A stretch of DNA of 64,000 nt from an uncultured Chloroflexia bacterium (GCA_963849405.1 CAWKHG010000001.1:215513-279512); one strand, 5' to 3'. Shown: positions 42,577-51,656, counted from the stretch's first letter. Notes: generated by a model from the letters alone, not told the origin. Translations and numbers: made by a program.

Positions 42577-43713
42577 TCAGCCTCGCGAGGCCGCCCGCCC
42601 AGGCCCTGCCTTCGTGGCGCGATGTCTGGGTCCGGCCTTCGCCCGCGGCTTGGCCTTCACGTGTGGGCTGGCCTTCGCTCGCGGCGCGGCCTTCGCGCGT
42701 GGGTGCTCGATCTCGTCGAGGAGGCGCACGAGCGCCAGCTCCTCCCGGCGCGTGACCGGCTTGTCCGCCACGGTCTCCGGATCGCCGGCCCCGCGCGTGA
42801 TGGATCCCTCGAGGTGGGCGCGGACGACGGCCGGGGCGATGTAGCTCTGCCGGCTCACCGCGGGCGTGTTGCCGAGGGCCTCGGCGACCCGGCCGATCGA
42901 TCGCTTCAGGGCCGCCTGGACCTCGGTCCGGCTGGTCCCCCGGCGAGGCACGGAGCGTCCGGAACGCGAGCAGCGTGCCCGCCCAGGTCCGGAAGTCCTT
43001 GGCGGTGGCCTCGATGCCGGCGGCCTCGCGGATGTAGTCGTTGACGTCGGCGGACTCGATGGAGCGTGGCTCGCCGTCCTCATCGAGGTACCGGAACAGC
43101 TCCTGGCCGGGCAGGTCCTGGCAGCGCGAGACGACCCGGGCCAGGCGGCGGTCCTGGACGCCGACGGTGTGCGTCCTGCCGCCTTTGCCGCGGAAGCTGA
43201 AGCGCAGACCGGTCGAGCTCACGGATACGTGACGCCTGCGCAGGGTCGTGAGCCCGAACGAGCGGTTCGTCCGGGCGTACTCCTCGTTGCCGATCCGCAG
43301 GTAGGTGACCTCCAGGAGCCGGACGACCGTCGCCAGGACCCGCTCCCGCGAGAGGTCCGGCCGCCGGAGATCGCGGTCGACCCGGCGCCGGATCGCGGGC
43401 AGGGCCCGGCCGAAGGCCGCCAGCCGGGCGAATTTCTCGTCGTCGCGCCGGGCCCGCCATGTCTCGTGGTAGCGGGGCTGCTTCCGCCCCCGGGCGTCCC
43501 GGCCGACCGCCTGGAGGTGGCCTCGGGGGTCGCGGCAGATCCAGACGTCGGTCCAGGCCGGCGGGATGGCCAGTGCCCGGATGCGGTCGAGGACGGCAGG
43601 ATCGCGGACGGGCCGGCCGGTCGGGCCCACGTACCGGAAGCCGCGTCCGGAACGCACCCGGCTGATCCCGGGATCGGCGTCCGACGAGAAGACGAGCCCG
43701 CCCCCCGCGGCAT
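42577..43713 (-). CDS. DNA topoisomerase IB (poxvirus-like bacterial TopIB); two apparent frameshifts (43701-43706 and near 42955)
   Basis: GLVFSSDADPGISRVRSGRGFRYVGPTGRPV...IPPAWTDVWIC...HLQAVGRDARGRKQPRYH...YLRIGNEEYARTNRSFGLTTLRRRHV...FSFRGKGG...AKDFRTWAGTLLA, then SRQSYIAPAVV (catalytic Tyr region) in the 42577..43083 frame. The ATG at 43713 joins the LVFSSD frame only if the C6 run at 43701-43706 is C7. Confidence 0.85.
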
Positions 43714-43714
43714 G

Positions 43715-43966
43715 TCACCCGTTCACGGACGCGAGCGCGCTCCCGTCACGGAACACGTACCAGGTGGTGGAGACCTCGCCGGACAGGATCCGCCGGCGGA
43801 CGACGACGCGCGGGAACCTCGGCCGGAGGGCGCGTGCGAGCTCGTCCGGCGATCGCGGTCGCTGGGTGGCCATGACCGCCCGGACCAGGCGTCCGAACGC
43901 CCCGTCCGCGGACGGGAAGCTCAGGACGTACGGTGGACGACCGATGAAGGCGGCCGCGAATTCCAC
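43715..43966 (-). CDS. hypothetical protein (83 aa), translationally coupled to TopIB
   Basis: GTG start 6 nt after the preceding stop. Its own stop (43715-43717) is 1 nt from the TopIB ATG. Sequence: MEFAAAFIGRPPYVLSFPSADGAFGRLVRAVMATQRPRSPDELARALRPRFPRVVVRRRILSGEVSTTWYVFRDGSALASVNG. Confidence 0.6.
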   Translation of the reverse strand: MEFAAAFIGRPPYVLSFPSADGAFGRLVRAVMATQRPRSPDELARALRPRFPRVVVRRRILSGEVSTTWYVFRDGSALASVNG

Positions 43967-43972
43967 GACCGC

Positions 43973-44170
43973 TCAGGCCCCCTCGGTCTTCCAGGCCCGC
44001 GCGTACTCGTCCACGTGCTCGGCCCGGTCGAGGCTCGCGGTCTCGTTCATGATCCGCAGGGTCTCGTCGACGGTGCGGCCGTTCTCGGCCGCGACGTCAC
44101 GGACGTTCTCGTACGTGATGTTGTCGCCCATGACCTTGTGGGCGTCCATGCAGCCGCACGTCAGGCACAT
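43973..44170 (-). CDS. small protein with N-terminal MCLTCGC motif (65 aa)
   Basis: GGGAGA RBS 5 nt upstream. Sequence: MCLTCGCMDAHKVMGDNITYENVRDVAAENGRTVDETLRIMNETASLDRAEHVDEYARAWKTEGA. Confidence 0.65.
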   Translation of the reverse strand: MCLTCGCMDAHKVMGDNITYENVRDVAAENGRTVDETLRIMNETASLDRAEHVDEYARAWKTEGA

Positions 44171-44313
44171 GTCGGTCTCCCGTCTCGGGGCGTCCGGCCG
44201 GCGACTCGTCGGTGCGGAGGCCGCATGTCAATGCTCGCGCTCGAGACGTTGCAAAGGCGCCCCCAGAACCACCCGGCGCCTGCCGGACGGGCACCGGACG
44301 AGCGGGAGCGTGA

Positions 44314-44496
44314 TCAGGCCCGCTTCCGAGTCGTCTTGCGGGCCGCCTTGGTCTCGCCGGCCTCGGCGCGCTGCTTGTTGACGGTCCGCGCGGCGATCTC
44401 CTCCGCGCGATCCTCGGACCGCCCGGAGTCGAGCTCGCTGTCCTTGATGTGCTCGTACTGTCGCTCGCGCTTGGGCGACCAGGCTCCCTGCGGCAT
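44314..44496 (-). CDS. small basic/acidic hypothetical protein (60 aa)
   Basis: GGAGGTGA RBS. Sequence: MPQGAWSPKRERQYEHIKDSELDSGRSEDRAEEIAARTVNKQRAEAGETKAARKTTRKRA. Confidence 0.6.
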   Translation of the reverse strand: MPQGAWSPKRERQYEHIKDSELDSGRSEDRAEEIAARTVNKQRAEAGETKAARKTTRKRA

Positions 44497-44576
44497 CTCC
44501 GTCACCTCCTGGACGAGAAGAGGCCCGCCGTAAAGGGCGGGCCTCAAGGGATGCGGTTGGACGTGTTCGTTGGCGG

Positions 44577-45026
44577 CTACGCGTCGACGGTCGCCCGGCG
44601 GTCGCCGAGGCGCAGGACCGCGACGATCAGGGCCTCGATGAGGGTCCAGCCGACGAGCGCCACGAGGGCGGCCACGTCGAGCATCGAGCCCGAGCGCGAG
44701 GAGACCTGGTCGAGGCGGAACATGCCGCGGAACGGCTCCACGAACGGGTCCGTGATGGTCAGGATGCCGCTCACGATCGCGTTGTCGTTATTGGCGATCA
44801 GGAGCAGCAACAGGATGCGCAGGAGCAGCAGCGTCTGCAGGATCCCGAAGATGAGCGTCACGATGCCAACCACGTTCGGCCCCTGGCTCGTGCGGGCGCT
44901 CGTCCGGGTGACGGTCGTCCGCGCGACCGGCGGCGGCGCGACGGGCGCCGGCGGCGGGACCACCGGTGCCTGGGTAAGGGGACGATCGACGGTCTCGTGG
45001 ACCGTTTCTCTCTCGTAATCAGTCAT
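44577..45026 (-). CDS. YggT-family membrane protein with Pro-rich N-terminal extension
   Basis: MTDYERETVHETVDRP...PPPAPVAPPP...VVGIVTLIFGILQTLLLLRILLLLLIANNDNAIVSGILTITDPFVEPFRGMFR...MLDVAALVALVGWTLIEALIVAVL. Confidence 0.8.
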   Translation of the reverse strand: MTDYERETVHETVDRPLTQAPVVPPPAPVAPPPVARTTVTRTSARTSQGPNVVGIVTLIFGILQTLLLLRILLLLLIANNDNAIVSGILTITDPFVEPFRGMFRLDQVSSRSGSMLDVAALVALVGWTLIEALIVAVLRLGDRRATVDA

Positions 45027-45321
45027 GAGTGCTGGACCTCCAGGACGGGCCTCGCCATTGGCTGGCGACGCACCGTCACAGTCGGGGCCGAGGCCATGCA
45101 TCCGCTCCCGTGCCAGCGCGCCGCGCGTTACAGCGTCGTTGCGTGGGTTCCGGGCTCGAACGTGGATCGGCGGGCGTCGACATGGCGCTGCAATGACCCA
45201 GGGCTCGGGCGACGCTTGTCCGTTTGCGCGGCGGGCGTACCGTTCCCGCGACGATGTCACCGGCCTCCGGCCGCGACACAGACGTCCCCGTCGAGGCCGG
45301 GCCGGGTCCCGAGGAGGAGCG

Positions 45322-46449
45322 ATGGACGCGGAGATCGGGTCGTGGGCTCGCCGGGGCGCCGGATTCGGACTCGGGGTCCTCATCGTCACGGCGGTGGTGG
45401 TCGGGCTGTTCGTGACCGCCAAGCTCGTCGCGCTCGTCCTGATCTCGATCCTCCTCGCGTCGGCGCTCGCGCCGCTCGTGGACCGGCTCCGGAGCAAAGG
45501 GCCATTCGGTCGGGCCACGTCGGCCGGCCTGCTCTTCCTCGCCGCGGGCGCGATCGTGGTGGCCCTGGGCGTCCTCCTGGTCACGACCGCGTTGTCCCAG
45601 ATCGACGAGATCGGTGAGCGCGTCCCCACGATGATCAAGTCGGCCCGCGCCACGGCCGACGACCTCCAGCCCGCGCCGGTCGCGGCCGCGGTCGGGGCGC
45701 TTCTCGACGCGCTCGACCGGACGGTCCGCCGGTCGCCCGCGCCCACGGCGGACCAGGTGATCGTGGCCGGCTTCACGATCGTCGAGGCGTTCGGCGCCCT
45801 CGTGACGGTCGTCACGCTCGTCTATTTCTGGCTGCTGGAGCGCGCCCGGATCCAGCGGTTCGTGCTGGCGTTCGTGGCGCTCCCGCGCCGGGGCGGCGTC
45901 CGAGAGGCCTGGAACGACGTCGAGGATGGCCTCGGCCGGTGGGTCCGCGGCCAGCTCATCATCATGGCCCTGATGGGCGTCGCGACGGGGATCGCCTACA
46001 CGATCCTGGGCGTCCCCGGAGCGCTCGTCCTGGGCCTCACGGCCGGGCTCTTCGAGATCATCCCGATCGTCGGACCCCTGCTCGGCGCCATCCCCGCCCT
46101 CATCGTGGCGGCGACGGTGCGACCCGAGCTCATCCTGTCGGTCGCCATCGTCTACGCGGTCGTGCAGATCGCCGAGGCGAACATCGTGGTGCCCATCGTC
46201 ATGCGCAACACGGTCGGACTGTCCCCGTACATCGTGCTCGTGAGCATCCTGCTCGGCGCCGGGCTCGGCGGCATCATGGGCGCCTTCCTCGCGATCCCGG
46301 TCGCCGCGTCGGCCGAGATCATCCTGGAGCGCCTCCAGGCGCGCACCGTCCCAGTCGGCCTCGAGCCATCGCCGGGCGCCGACCTGGAGGACGTCGACGA
46401 TCCGGACGGCAAGCCGGCCACGAAACCGGCCCACGCGGGCGGCACCTAG
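45322..46449 (+). CDS. AI-2E family transporter (PerM/UPF0118)
   Basis: Eight-TM profile with LGRWVRGQLIIMALMGVATGIAYTILGVPGALVLGLTAGLFEIIPIVGPLLGAIPALIVA...IVMRNTVGLSPYIVLVSILLGAGLGGIMGAFLAIPVAA. Confidence 0.85.
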   Translation: MDAEIGSWARRGAGFGLGVLIVTAVVVGLFVTAKLVALVLISILLASALAPLVDRLRSKGPFGRATSAGLLFLAAGAIVVALGVLLVTTALSQIDEIGERVPTMIKSARATADDLQPAPVAAAVGALLDALDRTVRRSPAPTADQVIVAGFTIVEAFGALVTVVTLVYFWLLERARIQRFVLAFVALPRRGGVREAWNDVEDGLGRWVRGQLIIMALMGVATGIAYTILGVPGALVLGLTAGLFEIIPIVGPLLGAIPALIVAATVRPELILSVAIVYAVVQIAEANIVVPIVMRNTVGLSPYIVLVSILLGAGLGGIMGAFLAIPVAASAEIILERLQARTVPVGLEPSPGADLEDVDDPDGKPATKPAHAGGT

Positions 46450-46527
46450 CGTGCCGGCCGACCCGGCTGCCCGGATGACCGGGAGCACACCGCGCACGAG
46501 CGACGCTGCCATCGTGGGCGCCTGACC

Positions 46528-47733
46528 ATGGCGATCTTCGCCGGGATCTTCGGGGTCCTCGGCCGGTTCACCGGCAAGCTGCTGACGACGGCGCTCGGCT
46601 GGGCGAGCAGCCTGCTCTTCGGACGCGTGCCCAGGTCGCGCCAGATCATGGTCGTCGCGATCATGGCCGGGTCGGCGGTCTGGCTGGTCCTCGTGATCGG
46701 GATCGTGCTGCCGGCGGTCGGCAGCTTCCTCCTGGCCGCGGCCCCCATCCCCGGCTGGCTCGACGAAGGCTGGGTGCGGCTGGCGATGCTGATCGGCGCG
46801 CTGGTCCTGCCCGCGGGCATCGGCCTGCTCGGCTATCTCGTCCCCGAGAAGGCCAGCCGCCCGACTGGGGCCGAGGCCGTGAAGCAGGTGCTGCGCGGCT
46901 ACCCGCTCGCGTTCGTCCTCAGCGTGGTCATGGTCTTCCTGCCGCTGGTCGCCCTCGTCCGGCGGATCCGCAGCCTGGCCAAGGGGTGGTCGGACATCCA
47001 CGTACCCGTCGTGGCCAAGCCGGGCGGCTACGAGCGGACCGTGCACGACATCGAAACGGCCCTGGACGCCGCCGGCCTCGACGTGACGTCACGTCCAGCA
47101 CCTTCCGTCCTCTCGGTCCCGGGCGAGCTCGTGGCGCGCGCGGCGGGCGGCGGCGTACGTTCGCTGCTGCCCGACCAGCTGGTCAACCTCGTCGGTGCGC
47201 GCCTGGAGGTGGGCGTCTACCCCTCCGACATCATCATCTCGGGACCGCCGGCCGAGCGGCTGGCCGCGCGCGCCGCGATCGTCAGCCGGCTGGCCACGAC
47301 CTCCGCCCACCTGACGACGAGCGCCGAGGCGCAGGCCATCGAGGACCGCCTCGAGGCGATCGCCAAGCGGACCCCCGCGACGTCGGACGTCGCCCAGCGG
47401 ACCGCCGAGTTCGCGGAGATCGACCGGGTGCTGGCCACGCTGAACGTGCCGGGCGACGAATGGGACGTCCTCTACCGGGTCCGCCTGCAGGTCGAACGCG
47501 ACCTGTTCGTGCGGGCGGATCCCGAGGCCGCCGCGGCAGCGGGCCACCTGGCCGACCAGGCCGGCGCGGCGATGGGCGTCCAGGCCGGCAGGCGTTCGAC
47601 CGGGCCCTGGGAGACGGTCGCCGGGCTCGGGGCCATCGCGCTCCTCGGACTCGACGTCCTGGCAGTGGTCCTGGAACGGCTGCGCCGCCGGCGCATCCCG
47701 CGCGCCGGACGCAAGGTCTTCCGCCGAGGCTAG
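46528..47733 (+). CDS. hypothetical membrane protein (401 aa: N-terminal 4-5 TM block, soluble middle, C-terminal TM)
   Basis: MAIFAGIFGVLGRFTGKLLTTALGWASSLLFG...; clean high-GC3 frame. I recognise no family signature. Confidence 0.65.
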   Translation: MAIFAGIFGVLGRFTGKLLTTALGWASSLLFGRVPRSRQIMVVAIMAGSAVWLVLVIGIVLPAVGSFLLAAAPIPGWLDEGWVRLAMLIGALVLPAGIGLLGYLVPEKASRPTGAEAVKQVLRGYPLAFVLSVVMVFLPLVALVRRIRSLAKGWSDIHVPVVAKPGGYERTVHDIETALDAAGLDVTSRPAPSVLSVPGELVARAAGGGVRSLLPDQLVNLVGARLEVGVYPSDIIISGPPAERLAARAAIVSRLATTSAHLTTSAEAQAIEDRLEAIAKRTPATSDVAQRTAEFAEIDRVLATLNVPGDEWDVLYRVRLQVERDLFVRADPEAAAAAGHLADQAGAAMGVQAGRRSTGPWETVAGLGAIALLGLDVLAVVLERLRRRRIPRAGRKVFRRG

Positions 47734-48401
47734 GCCGCCTCGGGCGCGTCCGCTTCGGTCGCCCGGAGCCAGGCGATCCCGACAGCCAGACTCGCGATCG
47801 CCGGGGCGGCCAGCCAGAGGAGGATCGCCAGCCCCACGAGCAGGAGCGCGTCCAGGGATCCGCCGAGAGCGGCTCCATCGCCGGCGAGGACGTCGCGCAG
47901 CGAGGTGACCTGCGCTCGCAGGGCCGTGGCGTCGGCCGAGACCGTTTCGAAGTCGGCCGTGTTGAGGTCGAGCGAGCCGGCCAGCGTGGTCATGCTCGCG
48001 GAGAGGGCGTTGGCTCGGCCCGCGACCCGGTCGAAGTCGTCGGCCAGGGCACCGAACGGATGGGAACCCAGGATCGAGAGGTCCGTGCTCGTGTCGCGCA
48101 GCGAGGCCATCGTCCCGGCCAGGTCGTCGGACAACGTCGCGGCGCTGCGAGCGGATGCCGCCGCGGACCGGAGGCTGCCGCCCGCCCGCCCGGCGCCGAC
48201 GTCGATGTCGCCGATGGCGGTCGCCGTGAGGTCCAGCGCGCGCACGATCTCCGCCCGCTGCCGGTCGATGGACGAGAGCAGGGGCATGGCCCGCAACAGC
48301 AGGACGGCGCACGCGGCGGCCAGCAGGATGCCGACCAGGCCGTAGGCCACGAGGCCCCACGCGAGCTGGCGTCGCCGCCGAAGCCGTCGGGCGGTCGTCA
48401 A
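47730..48401 (-). CDS. bitopic membrane protein with helical repeat ectodomain, coupled to the ABC-2 permease
   Basis: The TTG start overlaps the permease stop (TTGA). N-terminal TM (LAWGLVAYGLVGILLAAACAVLLL) and C-terminal TM (LLLVGLAILLWLAAPAIASLAVGIAWL) flank Ala/Ser/Leu-rich helical repeats resembling YhgE/Pip-type linker regions. Confidence 0.6.
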   Translation of the reverse strand: MTTARRLRRRRQLAWGLVAYGLVGILLAAACAVLLLRAMPLLSSIDRQRAEIVRALDLTATAIGDIDVGAGRAGGSLRSAAASARSAATLSDDLAGTMASLRDTSTDLSILGSHPFGALADDFDRVAGRANALSASMTTLAGSLDLNTADFETVSADATALRAQVTSLRDVLAGDGAALGGSLDALLLVGLAILLWLAAPAIASLAVGIAWLRATEADAPEAA

Positions 48402-49585
48402 GCGCGCGCCGACATGCCCCGCCGGAGCACGAGCCAGGTGATCCCGACGGTGACCAGGGAGATCGCGGCCAGGACGCCCAGCCGCCACGTGTCCGGCGTG
48501 GAGCCCCGCAGGAGCAGGTCCTGGAGCAGGGCGATGCCCTGGGTGACCGGCAGCAGGTTGCCGACGACCTGCATGGCCGGCGTGAACTGGGACAGATCGA
48601 GCAGGAAGCCGCTGAAGAACACCGAGCCGAGCAGCACGAGCAGCGCGAGCTGGACCGCCTGGCGTTCCGAATCCGACACGACGGAGATGAACAGGCCGAC
48701 GCCGAGCGAGGCGGCGAGCAGGAGGCCGATGGCCGCGACGACGAGCAGCGGGTCGCCCAGGAAGGGGACGCCGAGGCCTGCGGCGAGGAGCTGCAGGACG
48801 GCCGCCGCCACGAGAGCGCCCAGGATCCCGAACGCCAGGACCTTCCCGACGACGATCTCGCTGGCGCTGACCGGGGAGATCCGGAGCACGTCGAAGACGC
48901 CCGTGTGGCGCTCCCGGACGAGGGACAGGGCGGTCAGCGTGACGGCCATGTGCTGCAGTATGAGCGCGAGGACGGCCGGGCCGAAGAACGACGTGAGGGT
49001 CGGGGCGACCGGGGCGATGTTCGCCGACTCCGTCCGGATCGGGGCCGCGACCACCTCCGCGGGGATGGTCGGCTTCTGGCCGAGCTTGCCCGCCTCGGCC
49101 GCGGCCTGCGCGGCGACCTGCTGGATGATCGTCTGGTTTACGGCATATCCGAGCTGGCGGGCCAGGACGTCGGCGTAGGCGGCCTTGGCCGGGCTGATCA
49201 GGTCGTACTCGACCTGGATCGTGGTCTGCTTGCCGGCCTCGAAGTTCGCCACGACGTTCGGCGGCACCAGGATCACGACGTCGACCCGGCCGTCCTTGAG
49301 CGCGGCCCGGGCGGTGGCGGCATCGGTGACGACGTCGACGAGGTCGGCGCCGGGGACGTAGAAGGTCCCGTAGTCGGTCATGTTCTTCGAGAGGCCGGAG
49401 GCCGGATCGACCACGAGCATCGCGTGGACGTTGTTGAGCGTGTTGTTATAACCAAGGCCGAACAGGGCCATGATCAGGAACGGGCCGAGGATCAGGCTGA
49501 ACAGCGCTCCCGGGCGGCGAACGACCTCGACGAGCTCCTTGCCGACGAAGGCGAGCAGGCGGGTCAGGACCTGGGCGACGATCAT
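48398..49585 (-). CDS. ABC-2 type exporter permease with large first extracytoplasmic loop
   Basis: MIVAQVLTRLLAFVGKELVEVVRRPGALFSLILGPFLIMALFG...RERHTGVFDVLRISPVSASEIVVGKVLAF... The ATG overlaps the ATPase stop (ATGA). Confidence 0.85.
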   Translation of the reverse strand: MIVAQVLTRLLAFVGKELVEVVRRPGALFSLILGPFLIMALFGLGYNNTLNNVHAMLVVDPASGLSKNMTDYGTFYVPGADLVDVVTDAATARAALKDGRVDVVILVPPNVVANFEAGKQTTIQVEYDLISPAKAAYADVLARQLGYAVNQTIIQQVAAQAAAEAGKLGQKPTIPAEVVAAPIRTESANIAPVAPTLTSFFGPAVLALILQHMAVTLTALSLVRERHTGVFDVLRISPVSASEIVVGKVLAFGILGALVAAAVLQLLAAGLGVPFLGDPLLVVAAIGLLLAASLGVGLFISVVSDSERQAVQLALLVLLGSVFFSGFLLDLSQFTPAMQVVGNLLPVTQGIALLQDLLLRGSTPDTWRLGVLAAISLVTVGITWLVLRRGMSARA

Positions 49586-50616
49586 GCGGCCGCCGTGCCC
49601 GAGGGGCCATCCGTTTCCTGGGTGCCGTTCAGGTTGCCGCGCTCGGCCTCGAGCTGCTTGCGATGGCGGTCGACGAGGGTGGCGAACACTTCGTCGAACG
49701 ACGGCCGGTACTCCCGGCTCGAGGTGACGGAACCCCCGGCGTCCTCGATCGCTCCGACGATGGCCGGCGCCGCCGTCCCCGCGTCGTCCACCGTGACGAG
49801 GAACCGGTGCGTCGAGCGCTGGTCGACCGCGCGGACCATCGGCAGGTCGACCAGGTGCGCGGAGTCGGTCACGCCGGCCGTCTCGATGTCGAGGACGTCG
49901 CCGCCGGTCGCGAGCCGTCGGAGGGCGTCCGGCTGGGCGAGGGCAGCCAGGCGACCCTCGGAGATGAGGGCGACCGCATCGCACTCCTCGGCCTCGCCGA
50001 TGTACTGGGTCGTCACGACGATCGTCCGACCGCGCTCCCGGAGGCGGTGGAGCTCGGCCCAGACGGTGCGGCGGAGCAGGGGATCGAGCCCCGCCGTGGG
50101 TTCATCGAGGAACAGGACCGCCGGGTCGTGGACCAGCGCGCAGGCGAGCTCGAGGCGGCGCTGCATCCCGCCCGACAGGTCGGCGGCGCGGCGCTTCCGG
50201 GCGTCCCACAGGTCGAGCAGCTCGAGCATGGCCCGCACCCGGCGCCGGCGCCGGAACACGAGCATCCCGAAGAGGCTCGCGACGAAGTCCAGGTTCTCGC
50301 CGGCCGTCAGATCGGGGTACAGGCTGAACAGCTGGGGCATGTAGCCGATCCGGGCACGGGTCCGGCGGCTGAACCGCTGGGGGTCCTCGCCGAGGACCCG
50401 GACGGACCCGGCGGTGGGCCGCAGCCCTCCGGTCAGGATCTTCACGGCGGTGGTCTTGCCGGCCCCGCTCGGACCGATCACGCCCAGGATGTTGCCCGGC
50501 GGAACGGTCAGGCTGACGCCGTCGAGCGCGACGATGTCGCCGTAGCGACGCACGAGGGCGTCCGTGACGATGGCCGGCGGTGGGTCGGTCGGGGGAGCTG
50601 CAAGCGGGTTCGACAT
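49582..50616 (-). CDS. ABC transporter ATP-binding protein (DrrA-like, with C-terminal accessory domain)
   Basis: Walker A GPSGAGKTT, signature LSGGMQRRLELA, Walker B VLFLDEPTAGLD. Confidence 0.9.
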   Translation of the reverse strand: MSNPLAAPPTDPPPAIVTDALVRRYGDIVALDGVSLTVPPGNILGVIGPSGAGKTTAVKILTGGLRPTAGSVRVLGEDPQRFSRRTRARIGYMPQLFSLYPDLTAGENLDFVASLFGMLVFRRRRRVRAMLELLDLWDARKRRAADLSGGMQRRLELACALVHDPAVLFLDEPTAGLDPLLRRTVWAELHRLRERGRTIVVTTQYIGEAEECDAVALISEGRLAALAQPDALRRLATGGDVLDIETAGVTDSAHLVDLPMVRAVDQRSTHRFLVTVDDAGTAAPAIVGAIEDAGGSVTSSREYRPSFDEVFATLVDRHRKQLEAERGNLNGTQETDGPSGTAAA

Positions 50617-50655
50617 CGGTGTTCAGTTGCCGCCCACGCTCGCAGGAGAAATGAA

Positions 50656-50692
50656 GGCACCTGTCGCAGCGATCGCGGCCGCGACAGGTGCC
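50656..50692 (-). terminator. strong stem-loop 40 nt upstream of the ABC ATPase start (terminator of the upstream gene or leader attenuator)
   Basis: Perfect 12-bp stem GGCACCTGTCGC / GCGACAGGTGCC with a 13-nt loop. On the minus strand it is followed by ttcatttctcc. Confidence 0.5.
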
Positions 50693-50860
50693 GGGAAGGT
50701 CCGCTGGATCGGGTCCACAACGACTGGGAACCCTGATAGCCCATCGGCCGGTTCGAACGGTAGGGGCGCGGGGTCGATGGAACCATTCACGCGGGAACGC
50801 CCGACCTTGCAGGGGCGTTGCAGGCTCGCGCCCGACTCCCGCGGACGGGACACCGGACGG

Positions 50861-51331
50861 TCAGGCGTCCGTGCCGTTGCCATCGGCGCTTCGCTCGGCC
50901 GACGGACCCGGCATCGCGCCGAGCTGGGTCATCATGCCCATGAAGTCGCCCTGGTGCCAGTGCTCGGCGACCTTGCCGTCCGCGATCCGGAAGATGTGGA
51001 TCTCCTCGATCGTGTACGGCTTGCCGCTCGGCGGCAGGCCCATGAACGGGCCGGTCTGGACCGCGTGCGAGGTCAGCCGCACCGCCACCTTGTCGCCTTC
51101 GGCGATGACGTCCTCGATCGTCATCCGCGCGTCCGAGAGGCCGGCCGACGTCCGCTTGATCGCGTCCGTCATGGCCCGCTTGCCGGCGCCGGTCTTGCCC
51201 CAGTTGTGGGGCACGAAGTCGTCGGCGAGGAGCTCGTCGACAGCCTCGGGGCTGCCCTTGAGGAAGATCTCGTCGATGAAGCGGCGGACGAGCGCCTTGT
51301 TGTCATCGGTGGTGGTCATCGTGGTCGGCAT
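50861..51331 (-). CDS. SnoaL-like / ester-cyclase family protein
   Basis: NKALVRRFIDEIFLKGSPEAVDELLADDFVPHN...MTIEDVIAEGDKVAVRLTSHAVQTGPFMGLPPSGKPYTIEEIHIFRIADGKVAEHW. Confidence 0.8.
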   Translation of the reverse strand: MPTTMTTTDDNKALVRRFIDEIFLKGSPEAVDELLADDFVPHNWGKTGAGKRAMTDAIKRTSAGLSDARMTIEDVIAEGDKVAVRLTSHAVQTGPFMGLPPSGKPYTIEEIHIFRIADGKVAEHWHQGDFMGMMTQLGAMPGPSAERSADGNGTDA

Positions 51332-51413
51332 CGTTGCACCTCTGCCTGGAAACGGATAGGCCGACCCGCGCTGGGTCGGCCTCCGATCGTGGACCTCGGT
51401 CGAGGTCCGCTTG

Positions 51414-51656
51414 TCAGGACGCGGCCGGGGCGGCCTGGGATGGCGCCGCTGTCGGGTTGTCCTTGGGCTGCTCCGTCGAGGTCCCGCCGCCACCGGCCGG
51501 CGCGCCACTGCGGGTCCCCGGCTGGTTGAACAGGATGATCGCGAAGCCGACGATGACGATCGCGATGATCACGATGGCGATCATCGTGGCCGAGTTGTTG
51601 CTCCGGCTCGACCGATCGACGATCACCTCGCGGTCGCGGGTGTACTGGCCGCTCAT
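51414..51656 (-). CDS. small single-TM membrane protein (80 aa)
   Basis: GAGGTGA RBS. Sequence: MSGQYTRDREVIVDRSSRSNNSATMIAIVIIAIVIVGFAIILFNQPG... with a Gly/Pro/Ala tail. Confidence 0.6.
   Translation of the reverse strand: MSGQYTRDREVIVDRSSRSNNSATMIAIVIIAIVIVGFAIILFNQPGTRSGAPAGGGGTSTEQPKDNPTAAPSQAAPAAS

Noticed and set aside
50745-50765. GGTTCGAAC, T-loop-like sequence suggesting a tRNA
   Set aside because: No acceptor, D or anticodon stems can be built around it. It is a simple palindrome in an intergenic region.
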